A stretch of DNA of 64,000 nucleotides from a virus. Both the position numbers and the translations under genes were made by a program. The notes beneath the pieces are model-generated. The model was not told the origin of the DNA, ran no database searches, and saw only the letters and a program-made list of their open reading frames with translations. The stretch covers positions 1-64,000 of the IMG/VR virus record IMGVR_UViG_3300035698_017497; one strand, written 5' to 3'. Shown piece after piece: positions 40,785 to 49,781 of the stretch. Each line of letters starts with the position of its first letter. Positions within the stretch are counted from its first letter, which is position 1.

Positions 40785-41477
40785 ATGCAAAAATTATTTA
40801 GAATATTAATCAACATGCTATCTTCTCTCTTGTCAGAGAATAAAGCTCCATCCCTGAAATCTTTGCCCGAAGTTGAGAAGAAACTTAAAATTACAAAAGA
40901 TGAAAGACTATTCGATACAACTAAGAAATTCGAGAATGTTGTATTGACAACCGATAGATATATATTTAAGAAAGCTCTAAAGAAAGTTTTAGAGTATGAA
41001 GGTGGATATTCTAACCATCCAAAAGACCCTGGTGGGCCGACCAACAAAGGCATTACCCAAGCTGTGTATGATAAATACCAGAGCAAAAAGGGTAAGCCCG
41101 TGCAGAGTGTTGAACTTATCAAGGATATCGAAATTGAAGAAATTTATAAACATAAGTATTGGCTTTTTGGCGAATGCGATGAGATGCCTGATCCGATTGC
41201 TTGCACTCATTTTGACGCGTGTGTTAATTCAGGTATCAGACAAGCTAGCAAGTTTATTCAAAGAGCAATTGATGTAAAAGATGATGGTAAAATCGGACCA
41301 ATTACCATGAAGGCTATTAAGGACGCTGACGATCCAAGGAATATTGCCAATATAGCAATTGATCACCGTGAGATATTTTTTAAGAGACTGGTAAGTAAGA
41401 AATCATCTTATAGTGTATTCCTTAAGGGGTGGCTTAACAGAACAAAAAAATTAAGAATATGGATTAACACTTTGTAA
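40785..41477 (+). CDS. glycoside hydrolase family 108 endolysin with peptidoglycan-binding domain
   Basis: EGGYSNHPKDPGGPTNKGIT, FDACVNSG, DGKIGPIT, F.KGWLNR. Confidence 0.92.
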   Translation: MQKLFRILINMLSSLLSENKAPSLKSLPEVEKKLKITKDERLFDTTKKFENVVLTTDRYIFKKALKKVLEYEGGYSNHPKDPGGPTNKGITQAVYDKYQSKKGKPVQSVELIKDIEIEEIYKHKYWLFGECDEMPDPIACTHFDACVNSGIRQASKFIQRAIDVKDDGKIGPITMKAIKDADDPRNIANIAIDHREIFFKRLVSKKSSYSVFLKGWLNRTKKLRIWINTL

Positions 41478-41512
41478 TAAAGTATTTTTCTATAAATTAG
41501 ATTGGAAAAATT

Positions 41513-42430
41513 ATGACCGTTATCGAGAATTTCCCGTTATACTTTGAAGGCTCTCAGCTTCCAGACGCTTATTGGTTGAATATGGACGCTGGTTCTACCG
41601 GTGAGGATGTTCGACTTTACGAGAACGTGGAGCTTACAGATGAGCTTGAAAAAGATCTTGTCTACATAGATGTCGACAATGAGCTCATCGAAGCATACGC
41701 ATCTATCACGCTCGACACAGAAGAAGATAAAGACTTCTTTGCCGTTGGTGGTGGAGATGGAGTTCCAAATAGCGATATATGGGCAGCAAGGGAACACACA
41801 TACGTTTGTCCATTCCGGGATAGCGTAAGTGATCGTACTATTGAGGCGAACACTCCAACTGTTAACGGAACAGCGCAGTATGGAACCGGTATAATAGGTA
41901 AAGCTTTTGATTTTAATGGATCGTCAAATCTTAAATTCGATACCAGTGAAATATTTGGAGACGCCGGCTTTACTGCGAGTTTGTGGTTTAACGCCGGGGC
42001 TGGAGCCATGGGCACAGACAGAACTCTCTTGATAAATACCGATCTAGCAGACGTACAGATAAGAGTACTTATATCTGACAATGATCAAATGAAAATACAG
42101 CTTAAAAATTCTAATGGCGACGAGTATGAGGCCGAGGCTTACAGCATTTCCGCCGGAGAATGGTATCACGTGGCCATAGTCTATAACAATCTGGATCGGG
42201 TTATACTGTTTGTCGATGGCGTACAACGCACTTACATCGATATCGACCCTGCATTCGGCTACCAAGCTCAAGCCTCTACATATATAGGCTCCGAGGATGA
42301 TGTTAGTCAGCCTTTTACAGGCTTAATAGATGAGGCTAGGATACTCAAAACGCAGCTTGACGCTGATTATTTATACACAGAGTACCAAAATAAGAAACAA
42401 TATACAAGCTTCTATAGTTTAGTTAGCTAA
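41513..42430 (+). CDS. LamG/concanavalin-A-like domain virion protein
   Basis: GKAFDFNG, FTASLWF, WYHVAIVY, LFVDG, FTGLIDEARI. Confidence 0.8.
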   Translation: MTVIENFPLYFEGSQLPDAYWLNMDAGSTGEDVRLYENVELTDELEKDLVYIDVDNELIEAYASITLDTEEDKDFFAVGGGDGVPNSDIWAAREHTYVCPFRDSVSDRTIEANTPTVNGTAQYGTGIIGKAFDFNGSSNLKFDTSEIFGDAGFTASLWFNAGAGAMGTDRTLLINTDLADVQIRVLISDNDQMKIQLKNSNGDEYEAEAYSISAGEWYHVAIVYNNLDRVILFVDGVQRTYIDIDPAFGYQAQASTYIGSEDDVSQPFTGLIDEARILKTQLDADYLYTEYQNKKQYTSFYSLVS

Positions 42431-42471
42431 GAAGATGTTGATATAGAATTTAGCTGAATGTATTTTATAGT

Positions 42472-43398
42472 ATGAGTAATAGCCTATCAAATTTTCCGGA
42501 AACCGATATTGTAAAGGTTCTGATTAGTTTTACTCAGTGGCTATTCTCTAAATCCGAACTCTGCCCTACTGATTATAAGTGGGATGCAGACGAACGACGT
42601 TCTTTGATAAGAATCAGCAAACCGTTTGCTATAGATGATGTAAAAGCTCTTAGTAATCCGTACATAACGATCTCTAGAGGCCCAATTCAAAGTGAGAATC
42701 TGGCTCTTGACAATTTAGTATCTGCAAACGCAAACGTGTTTGAGGAAGCTAAAAGATCGGACTTAATGCTCGGATCTATCTACATAACAGCTGGAGCATC
42801 TGCTGCTGACGAGGCCTCAAATCTTGCTGCTTTTACTATGCATGCAATACACTCGTACCGAAATCAGTTGAGCGCCAGGGTAAGTTATCTTCATGAACTT
42901 AAGAAGAACATGATACATCCTGAGAAGCCAAGAGGAAATGAGACTGATTCAAATGTACATGTATGGGAGGTAGTTGCAACACTCGATGTCCACTTAAAGT
43001 TTAGCTGGATGGAGATGGCTGCAGAAGACTCTATCACATGGAGCACAATGGAGATTATGAATAAGGGTGACGAGATTCATGACAGCGCCACCGGGCAAGT
43101 TTTTAAAAACAGTGGGATCTTAAAAGATTTAGAAGCTGATTTTGGAACTCTCGAAGCGAACGATCCTCAGCTATCACTGGCTGATATCGAAGCTGCAAGA
43201 TACTTCGTCCTTATTGATAACCAGCCATACATCGTGACAAACATTGTTAATAGCAATATGTTAAGATTAGGTGTATCAAATGAACGTGGCGAAATAGTTA
43301 CTTTTAATTTTAGCGAAGAAGCAGAAAATGTTGAATATACTGTTAACTGGAATAAGCCATTTGTAAGAACGGTCATTCCAAACAGACAGTCATCCTAA
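42472..43398 (+). CDS. putative tail terminator/neck protein
   Basis: directly upstream of the sheath; P.ITISRG motif. Confidence 0.5.
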   Translation: MSNSLSNFPETDIVKVLISFTQWLFSKSELCPTDYKWDADERRSLIRISKPFAIDDVKALSNPYITISRGPIQSENLALDNLVSANANVFEEAKRSDLMLGSIYITAGASAADEASNLAAFTMHAIHSYRNQLSARVSYLHELKKNMIHPEKPRGNETDSNVHVWEVVATLDVHLKFSWMEMAAEDSITWSTMEIMNKGDEIHDSATGQVFKNSGILKDLEADFGTLEANDPQLSLADIEAARYFVLIDNQPYIVTNIVNSNMLRLGVSNERGEIVTFNFSEEAENVEYTVNWNKPFVRTVIPNRQSS

Positions 43399-43416
43399 GA
43401 ATAAGGAGAATACTTT

Positions 43417-45939
43417 ATGAGTTATCAGGGCCCAAATGTGTCGATAAAACAGAGGTTTCAGGCTAGTCCTCCTGGCATTGCTATTGATAAGCTTCCACCA
43501 GTGGCAGTCGGTACAGCTTATGACGTGTATAGAAATGAGCTTTTGGGTTTAACCCCTGGGCTTATTGATCGTACACTGGCATGGGTTGGAAGTAATTCTG
43601 TGGTCTACGATCGCAGTGTTGCCGGAGACCGTGCATACGATTTCTATCCACCTAAAGTTTATGCGAATACAGTTCAGTATGGTCTCGTTGAGATTACTGA
43701 CGATGTCGTATTAAGTTCTGTGGGTGCAGCTGTAGAAGATGAAGACAAATATATCGTTCCTAAAACAACTGTTGCTGACGGTGATAGTAGTGCTAAAATG
43801 CCTTACTACCAGCGTTCAAGTATAACGGTTGTTATGAGTGCGGCTATTGGGCTTGATAAAGTTCAAATCACCGGAGCTGACCTTTCAAGCTATGACCTTG
43901 TACGTGGACAGAAAGTATTTGTTTACTACTCAGCAGCATGGCATGAAGTTGGAACAGTTCAATATGTTAGTCAGAGCGGTACACTCATTAAATTGATTAT
44001 GGCTCATACTGCAGCCATAGCAGCTGGAACAGGCATATGCGTTGGAGCAGCTAGCGTTGCAACAATAGACACTGCCAACACTATTTATGATAGTTCAGTA
44101 GATTTCAAGGCACTTGGCGTACGTGCTGGACAGATTGTAGAATTTTCCAGCCAGTCTATTAGCGGCTCTGTTGCTGCAAGGAAAAAAGCTACTATAACTT
44201 CGGTTGTAGATGCGAACACAATCCTTGTTAATACTGTTACTGATTCAGATCGCCATTTCCATGATGATCTTTACAAGGTAGAGACTTTTTCCAACTCTAT
44301 TGGATCAACAATAAATATCTACGGATATGAGATAAAAGCGTTCATCGGATATTCTCAGAACCTAATGCTTAAAGCTGCTAATACCGCTGCAGGCCAGAAG
44401 GTTAGTGCAGTAGGAACTACTTCTTTTACAGTTCCTAAGCTTGCAGGCTACTCGGCTCTTCTTGAGGCTGGATGCTTTGTGGCATCTAACGGTGTAGCAA
44501 ATGCAGCTTCAGCAGACAATGAGCTTACAGGAGCTACTCTATACACTGTAAGTAGTGTGGTTGACAATGGAACTACTCTGACTATCAATGTTACCGAAGA
44601 TCTCAGTGGAGATTTTAGTGATGACGATTATCTTAATGCTTGGAAACCTAAAATCACAAATCAGATTACTTCTGATTTTAGAGCTGTAAGAGCAGAAGAA
44701 CAGGGAACTCTTTATCGCATTGGATCTTCAGAAGATATTACTACTTACTTCTCAAGAGACGACGAGATAGATATATACAATGAACTTGCCTACATGCTTC
44801 TCATTGAGTTCTCACTTTCTGGCGGAAATGCTTGCTACGGTATTAATGTTGACGGAGCATCGTCTAACCTTGCGTCAGAATACAGCGCAGCCCTCGAAGA
44901 GCTTAAGATTAAAGACGTTTATACTCACGTCTTTGGCTCTACCGATGGTGGAGTTAATGCTCTTGCCGGATCTTACTGTGACGCAGAATCTGATCCGTAC
45001 GAAGCACATGAGCGCGTAGCTATTCTCTGCTACGACCAGGACGAGATATTTAAAATTGGTGAAGATACAATATCGTCAGTAACGGCCGGGATTGTAACTA
45101 CAAATGGTGTAGTGGATCTTATAGATAGTGGAGTTACTATTGGAGATGTCGTTACGTTAACGGACTCTTCTGGAGATGTAATTTCTACTGGTCTTGTTAC
45201 AGCAACTCCTTCTGCAGCAAACGTTGTTGCCACAGATCTCGGAACAGTATCTACGGCAGCAGGTGTTATTTTTAGCAACGGCGGGAAAGTTGCTCAGGCA
45301 GAATCTATTCGCGATATATCTTACGGTAATCGTAGAATTAAAGTAATATGGCCAGGATGGTTTCAGGCTGACTTTGGCGGAGATACTTATGCAGCACTAC
45401 CTCCTTACTATATTGCAGCAGCAATAGCAGGATGGGATAGCTTAAACATTCCAAGCCAGTCATTTACCAATCTTAATCTTGCTATACCTGGACTCTCAAA
45501 TATCAAGCTTGGGACAAGCTCTTACTTTAAAAAGAGTGAATTGGACACTATTGCAGGCGGCGGTGTTGACATTCTTATACAAGATGGAGACAGCTCGCAG
45601 ACTATCTATTCAAGACATTCTCTCACATCTAATATGGATGCGATTGAGTATAGAGAATGGTCTATCACTAAGCAGGTTGACGTTTCTGCCAAGACGCTAC
45701 GTAAAGCTTTTGCGCCTTATGTTGGAAAGTATAACATAGGAACAAGCCTGTTCAATCTCCTGAAACAGATTGGTGATATTGGTTCTCGTAAGCTGGGAAC
45801 AGATTATATAGTCTCAAAATGTGAAATTATATCTATCACGAGAGATGCTCTGATCAAAGATAAAATCAACTTTGTAATCAACATAACAGTATTTGTTGCA
45901 GGAAACTATTACGATGTTACTTTAAACGTGAAATCATAA
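43417..45939 (+). CDS. contractile tail sheath protein
   Basis: N-terminal Y.GPNV, RIKVIWP, YIAAAIAG, ELDTIAGGGV, RH.LT...REWSIT; 840 aa. Confidence 0.85.
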   Translation: MSYQGPNVSIKQRFQASPPGIAIDKLPPVAVGTAYDVYRNELLGLTPGLIDRTLAWVGSNSVVYDRSVAGDRAYDFYPPKVYANTVQYGLVEITDDVVLSSVGAAVEDEDKYIVPKTTVADGDSSAKMPYYQRSSITVVMSAAIGLDKVQITGADLSSYDLVRGQKVFVYYSAAWHEVGTVQYVSQSGTLIKLIMAHTAAIAAGTGICVGAASVATIDTANTIYDSSVDFKALGVRAGQIVEFSSQSISGSVAARKKATITSVVDANTILVNTVTDSDRHFHDDLYKVETFSNSIGSTINIYGYEIKAFIGYSQNLMLKAANTAAGQKVSAVGTTSFTVPKLAGYSALLEAGCFVASNGVANAASADNELTGATLYTVSSVVDNGTTLTINVTEDLSGDFSDDDYLNAWKPKITNQITSDFRAVRAEEQGTLYRIGSSEDITTYFSRDDEIDIYNELAYMLLIEFSLSGGNACYGINVDGASSNLASEYSAALEELKIKDVYTHVFGSTDGGVNALAGSYCDAESDPYEAHERVAILCYDQDEIFKIGEDTISSVTAGIVTTNGVVDLIDSGVTIGDVVTLTDSSGDVISTGLVTATPSAANVVATDLGTVSTAAGVIFSNGGKVAQAESIRDISYGNRRIKVIWPGWFQADFGGDTYAALPPYYIAAAIAGWDSLNIPSQSFTNLNLAIPGLSNIKLGTSSYFKKSELDTIAGGGVDILIQDGDSSQTIYSRHSLTSNMDAIEYREWSITKQVDVSAKTLRKAFAPYVGKYNIGTSLFNLLKQIGDIGSRKLGTDYIVSKCEIISITRDALIKDKINFVINITVFVAGNYYDVTLNVKS

Positions 45940-45953
45940 ATTGGAGGTAAATA

Positions 45954-46661
45954 GTGGCTGAAGAGATTGTTATTAATGGCGACCTTGGCAAGTGGGAACC
46001 AGAGTCAGAGCATGTATCAAGAGCAGTTACATCTGAGGACGGGATCATATCAGTTGACCAGAGTCGCGTCGATTTTATAGAGGCTGGCACAGTATTGATA
46101 TGTGCTGGTCCTGCTAGACTTGGCGAGATGGAGGATGACAAGTCAGCAAATATATTACCAATCGGACTAGTAGAGCAGGCGTCTGTTAATCAGAGCAAAC
46201 CATTGCAGCGCGTGTTTGAGATTGGATCCAAACTTAGCTACATCATACCTGGACGTACAATTGGGTCTATATCAATTGCTCGCGTAATGTTTGATGGACC
46301 ATCACTCCTGAGGATGCTTGCAGCTGGAGAATTTACGCAAGAAACTGATCAGTCTGAAGCCGCATCTAATGAGATTATATACAAGACTCATGATGGTAAG
46401 AAGGTTAATGCTCAGAACTCAAGTTCTGGAAACATTGATTTAAACCTGGCTTCTAAGATTTTCGATTTACCTTTCGGTCTCTGCATGTATTTTAGAGACC
46501 AAAAGAACGAAGATGTCAGTATGGTATACTTCGAGGATTGCCGTATATCAACTCACAATTTCGGAATCGCAAGTCAGAGTACTATCATAGCAGAGTCTGT
46601 TTCAATTGAATTCGTAAGAATAGTTCCAGTAGAGCCTGTTAATCCAGCAGTGTCTGCTTAA
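45954..46661 (+). CDS. tail tube protein
   Basis: follows the sheath; PIGLV...Q...RVFEIGS...IPGRT...YFEDC...AESVSI. Confidence 0.75.
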   Translation: MAEEIVINGDLGKWEPESEHVSRAVTSEDGIISVDQSRVDFIEAGTVLICAGPARLGEMEDDKSANILPIGLVEQASVNQSKPLQRVFEIGSKLSYIIPGRTIGSISIARVMFDGPSLLRMLAAGEFTQETDQSEAASNEIIYKTHDGKKVNAQNSSSGNIDLNLASKIFDLPFGLCMYFRDQKNEDVSMVYFEDCRISTHNFGIASQSTIIAESVSIEFVRIVPVEPVNPAVSA

Positions 46662-46679
46662 TACATTAGCATAATAGCT

Positions 46680-46718
46680 AAAAAAAAGAGGATGGCTTTT
46701 ATTAGTCATCCTCTTTTT
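46680..46718. terminator. bidirectional intrinsic terminator
   Basis: A-run-GAGGATGGCT/AGTCATCCTC-T-run. Confidence 0.8.
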
Positions 46719-46967
46719 ATATTTTAGCTTAACATTATCAATACAAATAGACTGAAAGTATACTTTAATGTATATTTTCAAACCGTGCGAAACCCTAACA
46801 ATGTACTGTCATTTCTAAATCTTGGAAAGTTGCTTAACCCTCTGTTGACATATGAGATACGCACATCTCTATGTATCAATATCTTATAGAGATGCGCTGT
46901 AATATATTTGTAGCAAAAAATGCAACTTTTTGGCTACTGGAAATTAAGAAAAACATACCACTTTTTC

Positions 46968-47450
46968 TTAAAAGTCTATATCATTTGTGATATCTTTGAG
47001 CAATTGCTTATCTACATCGACAAGATCATCACAGTCGTCTTCTATCTCAGGTATTGAGTTTACTATAATCGCAACGTCAGCACCTCCCATACCTCTTCTT
47101 AGGCATCCTCTTGATGACATCGAGGGAACCACTTGCCACGAATCATCTTTAAGTATTTTAAAATCTACAAGTAAGTCCATTATACTCTCAACTTTATTAG
47201 ACACATCTGCCTGCCTATTGTCTGGAAAGAATATTGTGATATCGATATGTTCTATAATTTCAAACTTTCTACCACTAAGATGCGACAGAACTTCTCCCAA
47301 CTGCTTTAATGATTCGGTGTGCCACGATCTAAACAGGTCGCTTGATCTAACCTTAACCTTAGTCTTCCCGCCGCCACCCTTCTCGAGAGTTACAGACTTG
47401 CTATTTTTTTTACTTGGAACTCTCCCGTATAATGAAAATGAGTATATCAT
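46968..47450 (-). CDS. rusA: RusA-family Holliday junction resolvase
   Basis: PSKKNS, D.SN..ES..DLL, DDS motifs; GGAGG RBS before ATG 47450. Confidence 0.8.
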   Translation of the reverse strand: MIYSFSLYGRVPSKKNSKSVTLEKGGGGKTKVKVRSSDLFRSWHTESLKQLGEVLSHLSGRKFEIIEHIDITIFFPDNRQADVSNKVESIMDLLVDFKILKDDSWQVVPSMSSRGCLRRGMGGADVAIIVNSIPEIEDDCDDLVDVDKQLLKDITNDIDF

Positions 47451-47467
47451 ATAGCCTCCAATAGTTA

Positions 47468-47498
47468 AAAAAAAGCGCAACCTAAATATAGATTGCGC
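47468..47498 (-). terminator. intrinsic terminator at the left end of the array
   Basis: GCGCAATCTA/TAGGTTGCGC followed by a T-run on the minus strand. Confidence 0.7.
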
Positions 47499-47617
47499 CC
47501 AATTGTCTTACCCTCAAGTTACCCAGTCAGCCTTGTAAGCTATAATGCCAAGATCGTCAAGTTTCTTCCCAAACTCAGACTTTTCCATTGTGAAAAGATC
47601 CTCAGCCTCAAATTTCC

Positions 47618-49677
47618 GATAAGCATTACGTGCACCCAGAGGAAGGACTTATCCCCGTGTCGGTTATTAGGATGTTGCGCCAGTACCTAAGGACTGTGTC
47701 GCAGTCAATATTTTAGCAGCAATATACGTATTCCGACTGGGGGAATAGTCCATTTCTGGGTGCACTGGAAGCGCTTATCAGTATCCTTATACTACTTACC
47801 AACGAATCGTTGACATAAAACCTGTGTTAGTATGCATTTTTCTGTATCCTTATTTTTTTTAAAATCACTATTAATTCGTCTCAGTACAGTGCGTGACTTC
47901 ATCATGCACGGCTGCAAGAATAGTAAAATATAAAAGCTGAATCAGCTTTCAGTAATAATATTAGTGATTTTCATTTTGCATTTAGTTCTCAATTTTACGT
48001 TGTTCGCGCTCTTACGCGCACCGGGTCAGTCATATCTCCCGTCAGGTGATGTGGATCATCCGGCCAAGCGTAGAAGCTTCTCCGCTTGTATTACTTTGGC
48101 CTGAACGAATCGTTCAGTTCTAATTCTTTGAGGAACAATGCCGATTTTTTAAACTTAACTTTAAATTTTTAAACTTATAATTAATTTGTTATTGCCCGGT
48201 CTGAGAAGTTGCACATACATAACGAGGACGTAAATAACCTTCAGGATGGCCTTTAGGCTAACATCCTGAGGGTTGATTGTAGTCTCGTGGCGTATGGTAA
48301 GCTATGAGGCCGGTGAATTCACCATGTAGATAAAGAGTAACTCTTTACCATTTAAATAATATTTATAAGTTATTTTAAGATTAACACATGATTAATTTGT
48401 TTACGAGTATGCCCGTACTATGTTTCCAGCGTTCCTGGGTGGCTGAATCGCACCCGTGACCAAGTGACTTAAGGACATTGGATTTTCAATCGTCCATTAT
48501 TTTATAGTCAAGTAGTGTCCGGGTGCGATCTGCTCCCAAGACGCAGGAACAATGTACTGGCGAATGTTTTCTTCTACGCAATACATACAAGAGAAGCTCT
48601 TGCATAAAACTGTTGTTCATGTATTATTGTTGTCTGAATTGTTATCTAAATTATGATTTAGTTTGTCTACTCAGGTGATCCGCGTGTATTGCTGACCGCT
48701 AGAGTGTCATCATTCTGGCCATACGGCTAAAATGTAATTTATTTACATTAGTCGTGAGGACGATGATGAACGTTAGCGGCGAAGCAATACCTGGCGGATT
48801 ACCACTACTATTTTAAAGATCAATACAAAAGAATCTTTTGTATATAAAAGTATTCATAATTTTTATTTTACTCATGATTTATTTCGTTGTACGAAATGGA
48901 TTCCTGGTTTCGAACGTTCTATAGCTTGCGTAATTCATTCGTTAGCGAAGCGGTAGAATGGTTTCGCAAGGCGGTAGGCGAGCGAAACCAGGATGTAGTG
49001 CTTTCCGGTAAAAAGGACATATAAGAGAAGCTCTTATATATAATGTTATTCATGAGTCGCTTTGTCATTTTTTTAGACATATGATTATATCGTAATGATA
49101 GGCGGCAACTAAAACTAGCGGAAAGCTAAATTTAATATACTTGTTTATTAAGTTCAGCTTTGTTCTAGTTATAGTTGTCGACACTTGGATAAAGTTGGAT
49201 AGACAATAGAAGCTATTGTCTTTTTTTATTAATGTTCATATGTTTTTTTGTTTTTATGATTTATTTTGTTTTGGAATTATACCAGCGGGTCATTCTAAAA
49301 ATGGACTGTTTTACTGTCCTTTTAGCAATTTACCCGCTGGTTAAAAGCCTGTACTACAAAACACATATATAAGAGAAGCTCTTATATATAGGGGTATTCA
49401 TAAAAACTTTTGATTATTTTTTAATTATGATTCAGTTTGTTTATGGACATATCATATCCTCAGGTTGTGAGGTACGCTGGTCCGGATCCCTGTAGTGTAT
49501 CTATCTACATATAGATTCAAGAAAGTTAGGATCATAACGCGTAGATTAAGCGCGTGATGATCCTCTTTCATGAAACGTAAGTGATCCGGAAGGAGCCTCC
49601 GACAACCCATATGAGATGCCTGCGTTAACTAAGCAACATATAAGAGAAACTCTTACATATAAAACTATTCATAATTA
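47618..49677. ncRNA. tandem array of ~10 structured retron msr-msd-like ncRNA units
   Basis: units 47861-47971, 47985-48136, 48172-48371, 48382-48626, 48648-48862, 48870-49057, 49075-49245, 49250-49407, 49422-49677 (plus degenerate 47618-47812); each has a terminal inverted repeat, a long unique hairpin and a short G-AAN-C hairpin; no long ORF. Confidence 0.8.
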
Positions 49678-49739
49678 TTTTCTATACATAAAAGATGGCG
49701 ATTGTATTTTAATCCAACCGCCATCGCTTAAATATCTAT

Positions 49740-49752
49740 TCACTATTATTAT
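49740..49752 (-). promoter_or_regulatory. putative promoter motif ATAATAATAGTGA (copy 3), facing into the array
   Basis: exact 13-mer repeat. Confidence 0.6.
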
Positions 49753-49781
49753 CTCTTTTTTTTACAATGAAATAACAACAA

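Noticed and set aside
47618-49677. CRISPR array
   Set aside because: Repeats are not identical, unit lengths vary from ~110 to 255 nt, the 'spacers' are self-complementary hairpins, and no cas genes are in the window.
47618-49677. tRNA cluster or run of intrinsic terminators
   Set aside because: No cloverleaf, T-loop GTTCRA or CCA ends; hairpins are long and nested inside unit-closing inverted repeats.
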